This document shows positions 1-10,800 of a stretch of 64,000 bases of DNA, in pieces. The position numbers and the translations under genes are program-made. Each line of letters opens with the position of its first letter. Position 1 is the first letter of the stretch. The notes below the pieces were generated by a model. The model searched no databases. It worked only from the letters and a program-made list of their open reading frames with translations, and was not told where the DNA came from. Origin of the DNA: a virus. Its lineage: Duplodnaviria; Heunggongvirae; Uroviricota; Caudoviricetes. Location: IMG/VR virus record IMGVR_UViG_3300023297_000003; one strand, given 5' to 3'.

Positions 1-183
1 ACCCCATTTGGGTTGACGTCCCTTAAACTGTTCTAAGAAGGATGAACTCAATGAAAAAACCCGAACCTTCCTATCGTCAGCCTCCTGCTGAAATATCATC
101 CATCTTCCTCCCATGTGTACGAAGCACCGGAACACCAACCCAGTAAGAGGATGAGATTATCAAATCCCTACCGTGCCGCTCTC

Positions 184-1416
184 CTAAACTAACCCAATCA
201 AGGACAAGCCTTGACTGGCGTTAGGTTCCTGCTTCACTGAGGATAGTTTCACCGGGTCCAAATGGACCAAGCCAGAGCTTTCCTCTCCACAGGCTGACAC
301 CGCCGAACTGACGGCCATATTTCTTAAATTACAAGCTGCGTTCTCATCACGATCCTGAATGTGCCCACAGGATACACAATGGAAAACCCGATCCCTCAAG
401 GTTAAGTTGTGCCTAACCTCTCCGCAAACTGAACACATTTTGGACGAAGGGAACCACCGATCTGCCTCTACGACTTCCCCACCGTGCCAGGCTACCTTGT
501 ACTTCAGACATCGAAGGAACTCTGACATACCAGCATCAGACAAAGCCCCAGCAAGGCAATGATTCTTCATCATTCCTGACACATTTAAGGACTCGATCCC
601 AACAACCGCACACCGTTTGGCTATCGCAGTGGTGGCCTTATGAGTCGCATCCCTACGAACACAGGAAACTCGATAATGCTGACGAGCAAGACGATGCTTT
701 GCTTTCCTCCGGTTCCTCGATCCCTTCCTCTTTCTGCTTACACCTTTTTGTAATCGCCGTAGACGTTGTGTTGCAGCCTTAAGTGCTCTGGGGTTCTCAA
801 AGACCGTACCGTCCGATAAGACAGCAAGAGACTTGATCCCAACATCAACGCCGAGGATTTCGGTTCCAACGGTCCTCTCGTTCTCTTCCTCAAGGGCTAA
901 CGAAACGAACCAACGCCCAGCTCTTTCGGAAACAGTAGCCCTCGTAATCTTAGCGCCTATTGGAACATATCCGTGCTCTTTCAGCCGAAGGTGGCCTAAA
1001 CGAGGAAGTTGAACGTGGGTCTCTGAAACGTGGATAGCGCCCGTCAGGGTAAAGGATCCGATGCCTTTACGTCGGCTCTTAAACCTTGGAAATCCCTTAC
1101 GTTTTGCTTTCGTTTTGCAACGACGGAAGAAACCATCGAAGGCTTTATCGAGGTTTCGTAAGGCTTCCTGCGGAGCGCACTTGGAAACCTCGTACATCCA
1201 AGGCATACCACCGTCATCTTTGGGAACTTTCTTAAGGGCATTCAATTCACGATGGAGGCTGATTGCCGAGGGAGATTTCTCTCCAGCTTTATGAGCCTCG
1301 ATCTTTCGTCCCAATCCCCAATTATAGGCCCGTCTGGCTGCTCCAGCGTGCTGAAACAACGACGTTCGTTGGACGTTGTTTGGGTCCAGTTCGGTCTTGT
1401 AAGCCCGTTGGATCAT
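184..1416 (-). CDS. tnpB: RNA-guided endonuclease TnpB (IS607-like)
   Basis: N-term RAYKTEL/HAGAARRAYNWGL, RuvC-I GVDVGIK, RuvC-II IESLNV, CSVC..CVSC Zn ribbon, DRDENAA. Confidence 0.95.
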   Translation of the reverse strand: MIQRAYKTELDPNNVQRTSLFQHAGAARRAYNWGLGRKIEAHKAGEKSPSAISLHRELNALKKVPKDDGGMPWMYEVSKCAPQEALRNLDKAFDGFFRRCKTKAKRKGFPRFKSRRKGIGSFTLTGAIHVSETHVQLPRLGHLRLKEHGYVPIGAKITRATVSERAGRWFVSLALEEENERTVGTEILGVDVGIKSLAVLSDGTVFENPRALKAATQRLRRLQKGVSRKRKGSRNRRKAKHRLARQHYRVSCVRRDATHKATTAIAKRCAVVGIESLNVSGMMKNHCLAGALSDAGMSEFLRCLKYKVAWHGGEVVEADRWFPSSKMCSVCGEVRHNLTLRDRVFHCVSCGHIQDRDENAACNLRNMAVSSAVSACGEESSGLVHLDPVKLSSVKQEPNASQGLSLIGLV

Positions 1417-1556
1417 TGGGTGGTTTTTTCCATAGCGGCAAGGATCAGGTCACGAATTATTTGTGCCATACTGCATCGTCGTCTTTTTGCCTCATCACGT
1501 AACCACTGGTCCATCTCAGCATCTAACTGTATCAAGATTCTTCGGTCTTTCTTCAT
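1413..1556 (-). CDS. Ribbon-helix-helix (CopG-like) protein, 47 aa, coupled to tnpB
   Basis: Own translation MKKDRRILIQLDAEMDQWLRDEAKRRRCSMAQIIRDLILAAMEKTTQ; AGGAG RBS; ATGA overlap with tnpB. Confidence 0.8.
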   Translation of the reverse strand: MKKDRRILIQLDAEMDQWLRDEAKRRRCSMAQIIRDLILAAMEKTTQ

Positions 1557-1580
1557 CACTATCTCCTGACCTGAAGGGTA

Positions 1581-1602
1581 TGACAGTCTGTAGTGACTGT
1601 CA
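1581..1602. promoter_or_regulatory. Inverted-repeat operator overlapping the TTGACA -35 of the RHH-tnpB cassette
   Basis: TGACAGTC-N6-GACTGTCA. Confidence 0.65.
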
Positions 1603-1664
1603 AGTAATTCTTTCTGAGCCGAGAGTCTTCATTTGGGACCGGTCGACCCTGATTTTGACCATAA

Positions 1665-2651
1665 CTACTGTGCCCCTGAGCAGACGGAGAGTACCCCAGC
1701 ACAGAGGCTTGTCCAGGGACTTAAGGCCCCACTCAACTGAAGCCGCTGTGCCTCTGCGAGACTTCCGATCAGGGCCACCAAATCCTTGGCTGACCACCTC
1801 CGAAGTGGGGGCAACAATTTGTTTTTTAGAACCCACTGATTCATCCCAGTCATGCCACTAATCTCATCAGGGGATTTTCCAGCATCCCGAAGGAGAACGT
1901 AGTTCAACCACCGAACTACGATCTTCCCAAGCTGTACCGCCACGGAGATCGTAGGGTCACCCGAACCGGACTGACGGAGCCGCCTGAGAACGTTGGCGAC
2001 CTGTAGTGGGTCACGAGCCAGGACCGTATCCGCTAACACCGTGACGTCAGTCAGGGTGAGAGGGGCCATACTCTGCTTCACCAAACTGGCCGTGATGTCC
2101 GTAACCCCCTCAGCCTCGGCCAAAGTCGAGACCTTCAGGATCTCGAATGAGAGGAAGCCTAGATCCTGACCCAGTCGGGCAACGATGGCCTCGGCCAGAT
2201 CCTCCGGGAGAGTCATCCCCCGATCCTTGGCCTCCTGCCGCACGAACCTCTGAGCAGCCTCTGCCTTCTGGTATGCCTTGGCGGGGATGGGGTAGGATTG
2301 GACGGCCCGTTTCCCTAGCCCCTGGAGGAACTTAGCGAACTTCGTAGTGGCCTTAGGATCCTTCGGGTAGTCCAACAACAGGACCACGTTAGGGTCCCCC
2401 CGTTTGGCATGACCTTCCAGGACAGACAACTTCACCTTCTCAGGGTTGGACACGATCACTAGGGTCCGTGACACCTCCAGGAAGCACCCAGCAGACCCTA
2501 CGGCGATCTCCACTACTTTTGATTCAGATCCGTCAATATAATCCAGAGACCATCCAGCTTTCCGCTGAACGTCTATTGCCTTCAGAAGGGCTCTCCGTTG
2601 GATGAAAACTTCCGCCCCTGTAATGGCCACTACGGTGGGATTCTTCGCCAT
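1665..2651 (-). CDS. holA: DNA polymerase III delta-like clamp-loader subunit
   Basis: N-term ITGAEVF, GxDLxxLxxExxK motif (LGQDLGFLSFEILKV), size and C-terminal helical domain. Confidence 0.75.
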   Translation of the reverse strand: MAKNPTVVAITGAEVFIQRRALLKAIDVQRKAGWSLDYIDGSESKVVEIAVGSAGCFLEVSRTLVIVSNPEKVKLSVLEGHAKRGDPNVVLLLDYPKDPKATTKFAKFLQGLGKRAVQSYPIPAKAYQKAEAAQRFVRQEAKDRGMTLPEDLAEAIVARLGQDLGFLSFEILKVSTLAEAEGVTDITASLVKQSMAPLTLTDVTVLADTVLARDPLQVANVLRRLRQSGSGDPTISVAVQLGKIVVRWLNYVLLRDAGKSPDEISGMTGMNQWVLKNKLLPPLRRWSAKDLVALIGSLAEAQRLQLSGALSPWTSLCAGVLSVCSGAQ

Positions 2652-3286
2652 CAGAAACCTGCAAACGCAGTCACAACCTCTAGGAAGGTTGGATCTCGTT
2701 TCATCGTCACCATTCTAACCCGGTCCCAAAGTGCCCTGCTGCGCTCGTTATCCAGTTGATCACTCAGGCACTCTGCAACCACTTGGAGGAACACCCCAAC
2801 AGGTGCCTTTTTGCCCCCTATAATCCGAAGACCATCGATTGCAGTCGCCTGGTCCCCCTTAACTGCCGCATGCACCACGGACCAAGCTGCGGAGGAGATG
2901 TTATCATCTATCACGTCCGGCTCTTTGTTGGGTGCCCAGCGATCCAGACAACGGGAGCGGATGGTTCCGGGCACCTCCCCCAGGTCATTGGCCCATAGAA
3001 GGGGTGTGACGTAACCACTACCACCCTCTTCTACGGTCTTGAGGAGGGCGTCCGAAGACTTGAGTGTCGCCGTTCCATCCATAGGCCCGACAACCACAAC
3101 CGCCCTGCGGGTACCCAACGGGGTGGACTGGAGAAGAGACACGACCTCCCGAGCTTCCGCCACCTTCAGACCCCGTCCCTCATCACCTACAGGCGGGACC
3201 AGCAAATAACCGATCCGGGCTGCCTCACCACAGGCTGCCATCTTTGCCCCAGGACCATGAAAGAGAAGACATGAAGACACGGACAC
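2651..3286 (-). CDS. holB: DNA polymerase III delta-prime-like clamp-loader subunit
   Basis: LLFHGPG, ALLKTVEE, TIRSRC (SRC arginine finger). Confidence 0.75.
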   Translation of the reverse strand: MSVSSCLLFHGPGAKMAACGEAARIGYLLVPPVGDEGRGLKVAEAREVVSLLQSTPLGTRRAVVVVGPMDGTATLKSSDALLKTVEEGGSGYVTPLLWANDLGEVPGTIRSRCLDRWAPNKEPDVIDDNISSAAWSVVHAAVKGDQATAIDGLRIIGGKKAPVGVFLQVVAECLSDQLDNERSRALWDRVRMVTMKRDPTFLEVVTAFAGF

Positions 3287-3330
3287 CTCCCATCATCCTG
3301 TACTACTCGCAGAGGGGTGAGGAAGTCCCG

Positions 3331-3543
3331 TCAGGTGGTGATTTGAAAGACACCTTTACAAGTGAGACAGCGGTACCGGGTGAATGTCCCACCCTGCTCC
3401 GCATTGAAGGACCCAATGGAAATAGCTCCTACAGGACGGTTGGTCCTGCTGGAAATGATCTCAGCCTGGTTGCCTGGACACTTCTCATTCGCCCTACAGG
3501 AGATCCACACCGTCTTCTTGGGTTCTGTCTGTTTATCAATCAT
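3331..3543 (-). CDS. Small Zn-ribbon protein
   Basis: CRANEKC and CLTC pairs; RBS. Confidence 0.6.
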   Translation of the reverse strand: MIDKQTEPKKTVWISCRANEKCPGNQAEIISSRTNRPVGAISIGSFNAEQGGTFTRYRCLTCKGVFQITT

Positions 3544-4046
3544 TAGTCTACCTCCGGGTACTGCAACCGTTGATGTCCATCGATCCATGCGAGTTGGGGA
3601 TCCACAACCGGGTAGGCTGAGTCCCCACTCAGGGCCAGAGGGCCTCTTAGGATCGGTTCCCCAATCAGGGAAGCCAGGAACTCAGCGTCTAAAACGGACA
3701 CCTCAGTAGGATTGACCTGTTCCCTCAAGAGAGCAGCCCAAGCCCGTACCAAGGTCTCCCAGTCAGCCACGTCCCCCTTCTTGAACTGTACCCAAAGTTC
3801 GTCACCATCTCCCTGCATTAGTGGAACAACGGCATACTGCCACATGTCCCAACTCACCTTGAAGGGGAAGAACCGATCAGCACCTTCCCCAACAGGAGGA
3901 TTGACGTTCCTGCTAATCACCACCCACTCAGAGGGATGTGCCCTCGTAGACGTAGGGAAATCCACTACCGCTTTGTTGGCTTGGATGTAGGCACACCCCA
4001 AACCGATGAGCAGTAGATCCTGTTCTCCAAGATAGGTGGTCGTCAT
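3543..4046 (-). CDS. Hypothetical protein
   Basis: ORF with GGAGG RBS, coupled to the next gene. Confidence 0.6.
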   Translation of the reverse strand: MTTTYLGEQDLLLIGLGCAYIQANKAVVDFPTSTRAHPSEWVVISRNVNPPVGEGADRFFPFKVSWDMWQYAVVPLMQGDGDELWVQFKKGDVADWETLVRAWAALLREQVNPTEVSVLDAEFLASLIGEPILRGPLALSGDSAYPVVDPQLAWIDGHQRLQYPEVD

Positions 4047-4777
4047 CGTAGATCCCTCCCACCCAGGTTCCTTCATAGGAGGAAAACCAGCAAGGAGATC
4101 CAGCACTGGTATAGATAAGGGCAGGGATTACACAGGGTTAGGGAAGGGGAAGGAGAAGACGGTTAAACCTGTCTTTGGATACAGATCGGCCCCATAAAAG
4201 GGCCATAGGGCTTTCGCCCGTTGGTTTCAGGATCACTCACCTCACGGTAACGATCTCTAAGGTTCTAGTTTTCAACTTTCTCATTTTCACTATCACTGAT
4301 TCCACGAGCATCCTATCGGATGCCCTAAGACTATGTAGGGTCCATAACCTTAGGGGTTTAACCGGAGATGCTGGGGCAACCCTTACGAGAGGATCATCCT
4401 CAATCCTCATGGGCTCCTTTCGGTCCCTCCCTCAAAGGGTAGGGCACACGTGGTCTTGCCACCTCCTCTTCCGAGGGGATGAAGGACATCCTGCAGGAAG
4501 AGGGAACTCTGTCTGTTCTTCAAAGAACGGGCTCAATCCAGGAGACATTCGGCCTAGCTCAACGGCTTTCCCATCGGTTACCCGATTGCCCCTCATCGCT
4601 GGTGTCCCTGACCCCAGGAACATCCAGATAGACCCCCGACTTATACTTCCCCGAAGGGAACATCGAAGCGGGGCGGAAGAGGCACTCCCAGAACTGATTC
4701 TCAAGATCCGGTTGGATCGAGCCTACAGACTCAATGGAACAGTTAGACTATGATGGTGGGCTGTGTCAAGCGGTCTG

Positions 4778-5872
4778 TCAGGAAAGTCCCAAGGTGCTGA
4801 TGTACCTGGAGGCCACTCTTTTGATCTGTTCCTGGTTGTTTGCAGCGGCACGTGGGCGTGGACGGTCGGGTCGAGGTGACAGGAGGGAATCCATGTCTAC
4901 ACCTCTGAGGGAAGAAGCATCCCAGTAGATTCCGTAATCGCTGGCCTTCTCCTCCATCATAGTAAGCAGGCGGGGCTTGGACTTGAGCGCTTGGAGGAAC
5001 TTCTTCCACCGGGGCTTCCAGTGCCGCTGATGGAAAGGTGAGGGCCTTATGCCTGCCTTCTCCGCTACCTCCTTCTGGGTCGGGTAACGGTGTTGACCTT
5101 CCACAATGCTGAGCCACTGAAGCATAGGGGGACTGTCGTGCCAAGCAGCCCGCATCAGATCCCTGACCTTAGAACCCACCGGATCGTGGGTGTGGCGGAA
5201 CACCACCTCTGCCAGGAACTCCCCAAACTCGTCCGGGTCATAACTAAGAAGGTTGGGGTCTTCTGCGGGGTCAGCCTCACCGAACTCGATGGGGTTCCCT
5301 TCCTCGTCCACAGGGTACGGGACATCCCGCTGCTTCCGTTCCTCTACGTCTACCTTGTTCCCAAAGTACTTACAGAGCATCCCTATTCCAATGCTGACGG
5401 GGGTTTCCTGACCGTCCAGGATCCGTTTCTTGAGCTTTTGGCCCACCATGTAGGCGGGACGTTTGATCGATCCAAGGTTGGCTCCGAGGCCCATGAGGTT
5501 GCTCGTGATGACGTCTAGGGGATCGATCCACCGGAGCTTGTAGCTGTTGATAAGTTTTGCCACACAACGGAAGACCGTGGTGTACATCCCAGTGTTGCCA
5601 GGGGAAAACCATCCTGCAGGGATCTGATGACCCTTGTCCTCGAAGTAGCTCTGGGCGTGCTGAAGCTGACCCCTCGGCCTCGGCTTCTCCATCCAGGTAC
5701 CCACGGGGACGCCTGCGACACCCTCCAGTACCTGGAGGCGCAACATTATGTCGAAGTCTCGTTCGACGCCGCCCTTGACCCAGCGGGTTGCCAAACGTCG
5801 TGCCGGAGGCTCCGTGTCCGCTATCTTCCCACTCAGGCTTTTCAGCAGTTCCGCTCTGATTTCGATGCTCAT
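4778..5872 (-). CDS. Hypothetical protein with HTH-like segment and RVASRY module
   Basis: TQKEVAEKAGI; C-term KRVASRYI; GGAGG RBS. Confidence 0.7.
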   Translation of the reverse strand: MSIEIRAELLKSLSGKIADTEPPARRLATRWVKGGVERDFDIMLRLQVLEGVAGVPVGTWMEKPRPRGQLQHAQSYFEDKGHQIPAGWFSPGNTGMYTTVFRCVAKLINSYKLRWIDPLDVITSNLMGLGANLGSIKRPAYMVGQKLKKRILDGQETPVSIGIGMLCKYFGNKVDVEERKQRDVPYPVDEEGNPIEFGEADPAEDPNLLSYDPDEFGEFLAEVVFRHTHDPVGSKVRDLMRAAWHDSPPMLQWLSIVEGQHRYPTQKEVAEKAGIRPSPFHQRHWKPRWKKFLQALKSKPRLLTMMEEKASDYGIYWDASSLRGVDMDSLLSPRPDRPRPRAAANNQEQIKRVASRYISTLGLS

Positions 5873-6115
5873 CCGTAACCCTCCATCACAACCGTCATCA
5901 CAGTCTAAGTATAAGCATATCACCGTCCAGCACTTTCGTCCCAAAACATCAGAGAAAAACCTGGATGTTTTCCCTTGACAGGTTCTGTGGGCGGGGTAAG
6001 GTCCCTGGTGATCGAGGTGGACCTTGCTCCCGTTTCGAGCCCTGTCTACGCCCCGATCAAAGCTAAACCGAGGTGACTACACCCTACCAGGGCTGTCACC
6101 CAAGGAGGCCCTTCC

Positions 6116-7204
6116 ATGACAATTGCTCTCCCCAGTTTCAGTGACTTCAGAAACCCTGTATTGACCGTGTTGGGAACCCTCACCGACAATCAGCCTGGTG
6201 TGTTCGTCCCCCTCACAGATAAGCTCTTCCTGATGGTTTATCGGGCGGCAGGGTTCAACCCGAAGAGGCTCTCCCTGTGTGGGAAGCCTGAGGATGGCTG
6301 GCGCATTGAGGGCATCAGCGGTCCTCCGGGGTTTCGGCGCAAGGTTTCCATCGCCTACCAGGATCTACACACCCGAGTTAAGGTCCCCCTGACCGTGAAG
6401 GGTATCCGAGGCCAATGGGCACTCACCCCCGAGGGGGTAACACAGAATCAGGTCCTGGAGGAAGCGTCCAGGGGCAAGCCCAACGAAACTGCCCTGTTCA
6501 TCGACCGGAGACTGAAGGAAACTAAAGGGGACTTCCTCCGCCTGCTCCATAGGTCCGTCGCCTCCAAGATGCTTGTGTCTGCTACTTCAGGGATGGTTGA
6601 GGATCATGTCCAGAATTGTATGGTCCGACTGATCCACAGGAACGCTCTGAAGAGCCGCATCATGATGGGCCTCCCGATCCCCGATTACCATATCGTCCAG
6701 TGGGCCGTCAGAGCCGCATACACGGACGCCCGGAACGATGGAACAGAACCTGTGGCACGGGAGATGTACGGTGCCCGCACGGATACGGAAAGGGCACGGG
6801 CCAAATTGAACCCCTCTCTTATCGTTACGACATCACACAGGGATCCCCGGATTCTGTGGGGAGGGGAAGACAGCGACGGAGCCTGGACGGATATTCGTGA
6901 CGACAGCACCACCGCTACCAGCGACGCTGTGGACGACAACCTGTTGTTCCAGGGCATCTGGGACAGGGTTGAATCCGTAATGCAGTCGAAGACCCCGGAG
7001 GGATCCCGTTACCTGGAACTGTTGGGGAGGAAGGCAACGGGGTTCTCCATCCAGGAATTGGCGGACGTCGAGGGGATACCCACCAAACGGATGAAGGCAC
7101 TTCTGAACAAGGCCAAGCGGACGGCGAGAGCGTCCTGGGAGACTGTTCAGGCACAGATTCTGGAGACTGCTGAAATGTCCGAGGGGCGTCCTGTCGGGGT
7201 GTGA
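6116..7204 (+). CDS. Mrr_N-like winged helix fused to a sigma-70 region 2/4-like domain (putative sigma factor or regulator)
   Basis: FSDFRNPVL...RGQWALTPEG; VEDHVQ; GFSIQELADVEGIPTKRMKALLNKAK; upstream TTGACA promoter. Confidence 0.55.
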   Translation: MTIALPSFSDFRNPVLTVLGTLTDNQPGVFVPLTDKLFLMVYRAAGFNPKRLSLCGKPEDGWRIEGISGPPGFRRKVSIAYQDLHTRVKVPLTVKGIRGQWALTPEGVTQNQVLEEASRGKPNETALFIDRRLKETKGDFLRLLHRSVASKMLVSATSGMVEDHVQNCMVRLIHRNALKSRIMMGLPIPDYHIVQWAVRAAYTDARNDGTEPVAREMYGARTDTERARAKLNPSLIVTTSHRDPRILWGGEDSDGAWTDIRDDSTTATSDAVDDNLLFQGIWDRVESVMQSKTPEGSRYLELLGRKATGFSIQELADVEGIPTKRMKALLNKAKRTARASWETVQAQILETAEMSEGRPVGV

Positions 7205-7272
7205 GGGCCGAAGGGGTCCCCGGGTGTAGGCCCCTCCCCGTCGCAGCGGTTCTCAGGGCCACGTAGCCCCTC

Positions 7273-7563
7273 CTAGCGGTGATCCTTCTCTACCCACTTG
7301 TCAACGGTTTCCCCGTCCAGGGTCAGGGACTTGATGCAATCCTCACCATCCCCGTCGATTCCCCCGATCATTAAACTCTCGTCCTTCAGGGTGCAGGAGT
7401 GGCCTACGCCGCCGCACCACTGGAGGTAACTCAGGATGTTGGTGATGCCTTTAGCCCCATTGCGGTTGCAGATGATCTGGATGACGGCTGCGTTCTCCAT
7501 GGTGTTGGGACACCCGTCTCCCGCTGCGAGCCATCGGGAGGCTATCCTCTGTGTGGCTGTCAC
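7273..7563 (-). CDS. Hypothetical protein (RIASRWL module)
   Basis: Coupled ORF; shared N-terminal motif. Confidence 0.6.
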   Translation of the reverse strand: MTATQRIASRWLAAGDGCPNTMENAAVIQIICNRNGAKGITNILSYLQWCGGVGHSCTLKDESLMIGGIDGDGEDCIKSLTLDGETVDKWVEKDHR

Positions 7564-7880
7564 AGCATCCTCAGCATCGCCCTGAAGGGGCGGACGACCT
7601 CGTAGAGACGGTCGAGGGTGGAGCCAATGAACTGCTTCTCTTGTTCCAACTGCTGGGTGGCACCCTCGATCTCATCCAGGAGAACCTCGAAATCAGCGGG
7701 GTCGTCATTCATCGTGGTAGAAGCCAACCGCCTTACATTGTCAGCAAGGTCCGACCAGAGACGTGCGTTCTTTTCACGTTCCTTGGCTCCCCGTTGCATG
7801 GCGATTCCGAGCCTTTCCACGGATTGGTAATCACCCTGGGACAGATACCGCAGAGCCAGCTTCCTCGTTGTGTCGCTCAT
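7560..7880 (-). CDS. Hypothetical coiled-coil protein (KLALRYL module)
   Basis: Start MSDTTRK directly after stop of the upstream gene. Confidence 0.6.
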   Translation of the reverse strand: MSDTTRKLALRYLSQGDYQSVERLGIAMQRGAKEREKNARLWSDLADNVRRLASTTMNDDPADFEVLLDEIEGATQQLEQEKQFIGSTLDRLYEVVRPFRAMLRML

Positions 7881-7881
7881 G

Positions 7882-10800
7882 TCATTCACTCCAAGCCAGC
7901 CATCCGTCCACAGTGTCAGGTGCCCCCGATGCAGACTTCCGGTCGGGGTCAGGGTAACTGGAGTGTAGCAGCCGGGAATACACGCAGTCGCCTTCCTGGG
8001 CGTGCCTGTCCAGGAAGGCCGTGACATTGGTGTGCCTGTCCGACCGGCGGCTGTGAAGGTCCGAGACGAGGTGTCCGGCGACGTCCCGCACATCGGTGCA
8101 GGCGCTGAGTCCGAGGCGGGCGGTTTTGGCCAGGTGACCGTACAGGCCGTACTTCCGCTTGGCCGTCTTCCCATCCTCGGGGGGGTCCTCGGGTTCATCG
8201 CTGGCGATCTTCGGCCCGATGTTTCCGAGAGCTGCCACCAGGATCTTGGCCGAGAGGCTGTCCGCCTTCTTGGCGTGGGTTACGAGAAACGGGGCGACCC
8301 GCTCATCTTTGGCGTAAACCCTCCTCGCTACCTTCTCCGCTTGCTTGGTCAGCTTACGGACACAACCCTCGCAGTCGGACTGGACGCCCTTGGTGAAGCC
8401 ATAGAGGCCCCCAGCGGCTGCACCTTTGATTTTGCCGTGCTCCCGTCCAATCCAGGCACACAGGGCGTTAGGATCCCTGATGTCTTTCCCGCACTCCTTC
8501 TGGTATGCCACGCAGTTGTCGAAGGCTTCACCCTTCCCACCCTTGAAGTCGCCCTTGTCGTCCTTGTACTTCTCACCGCAGGTACCCAGGCGGGTCCAGG
8601 TGATGTCCGCACCCTTAACACGGACTGAACCGTCAGGTTGCACGGATGATGACTTCCAGTCATTGATCTGGATCTGACCATCAGGGTATCCTTCCAAGGG
8701 ATTGTCCGAGGCTGCCTTCCCGTCCAGTTCGTCCACTTTGCCGTGGTATTTGTCCCAGAGGGCCTTATCCTCCTTGGACATGTTCTCGGTGGGGTCAGCG
8801 GGCTTCCCTTCCTCGAACCGGGCGACCTGCTCGTCCGATGCGTCCTTCCCCTCCAGTTCGTCCACCTTGCCGTGGTACTTTTCCCATTTCTTCTTATCCT
8901 CAGGGGACATGTTCTCAGTAGGGTCGGCGGACTCGCCCTCTTCGAACCGGGCGAGTTGTTCGTCTGCCCGGATGCCCCGTTGTGCGTACTCCCGAATGAT
9001 CCTTTTGTCCTGCCAGAAGGCTACTATGTCGTTGTCGTTGAACTGGTCCAGGATCGCCCCCCCATAGATGGCTCCATGCGGTCCCACCTGCTCATTGGGC
9101 TCACCCGGTTCAAGGGACTCGTTATGCTTCTTCACGAAACGAGCGATGTTGTTGCGAGTGGGCTTTCCGTAGGACCGTGAGTCCCAGATGCTGTTGCTTT
9201 GGCTGTACCTTCGGGTGACGGGGTACACCTTCAGCACGTACCGTGGGGTGGAGTCCCGACCGGCTTGGTGGCCTGTGGGAGCGGGGTCAGTAGACCAGAA
9301 AGAAACCGGCTGTGCCCCGGATCCAACCACCCAGCGCCCGTTGAAAATGTAAAGGTCGCAACCCTTCTGACCCGGTCCCCAGTCACCACACATGTAGAAA
9401 CCGTGGCCATATTCAGGTTTATGTTCGAGGGCTTCCAGCGCCCGGAGATTGCGGACACCCTTGGCCCGCATCAGGTCACGTAGGGACTTGTACTTGACGC
9501 CACCGTCACCGTACTTGACGTCGTTGTCCGTGAAACCACTGAACTTGAAGAAGTCTAGGTGCCCCCCTCGTCCCTCTTCAACCCCATAGATGTGCCCCAC
9601 TTTCATCTGGGAAACTCTGACGAGGGAGTCCAGTACGTACTCCTTGCCGTAGAACTTGGGAAGGGCCTCCGGCTCGTTCCATCTACCAGCCCGGCGACTG
9701 TTCTTGATCATCTTGTTCAGTTCAGCCTTGATCTCCTTGGCTTTGGGGCCTCGCCAGGAGGAGGCATTGGTGAGGAAGTAGGCCACGATCTGACGGGCTG
9801 AATCCGCCCCGAAGCTGTCGGTGATGTCGTCCAGGCGGAACATGGCGTCCAGGTGGGGCTTGGCAGCGTAGTTCACGGGCTTCCAGTCCCTGCGGATGTC
9901 CACGGCGATCTCGTGGATGGGACGGACGCCAGCGGTGATGGTTTTGCCCCACTTGGACTCCAGGATTGTTTCTCCTGTGGCGGTTAGACCTCTGGCCACA
10001 TTGTCAGGAAGGCTTGCGATGAAGTTATCATCCCAAGTGTCAGGGACAAGACGCAGCCTTGTCAGATCGATGATATGGTTGGGACTGATCTTCCGACCCA
10101 CATTGTCATGGATCCAGTCCTTCAGGTCATTCCTGTCCGTGGTCCTGAGTTTGATGTCAGAAGTCGTCTTGCGAGGGTCACCCAACGTAACCAGGAACCC
10201 ACCGCCAGAGTCCCTGGAGATCACGTACATCCATTGTGTTACCTGTTTCTTTACCCCTTGACCTGAGGCGGCGATGTCCATGACGACCGTGGGTTCATCC
10301 CCGGCTCCAGGCAACTCAGAGCTTGGCTCCTCGTTGGGGATGACCGTGACGGGGCCACCGAGCCTCGTCATAGAGGACGTTTTGCCCTTGGGTTCAGGCT
10401 TCCTCTTGATCTCGGGCTCGGGGGTCTTCTCCACTACGGTGTGCTCCACCGAATGCATCTGAGGATCAGCATCAGGGTGCTTCCTGAGGTATTCCCGCCT
10501 GGACGTCTCGTCGGGGAACACCGTGGCCTGCTTGAACTGGTCCTTGTGCTTGATGCGTTCCTCGTCCCACTTCTTCTTGTCCGCCTCGGACATGTTTTTG
10601 GTGGGGTCGGCAGGCTCACCTTTTTCGAACATGCCCTCACGTTCATCGTGGGCGTCACCGGGGAGCAGGGAGGTAGACTCCCCAACCGGGTTCGTGTCCC
10701 CGGTGATCTCCGTGTCGTCTTTGAGGTTGACGTTGATCAGGGATTGCATCGAGGCCAGTCTAGTGACATCCTTCTGGGACGCCGCTCTCAGGTGCTCCAA

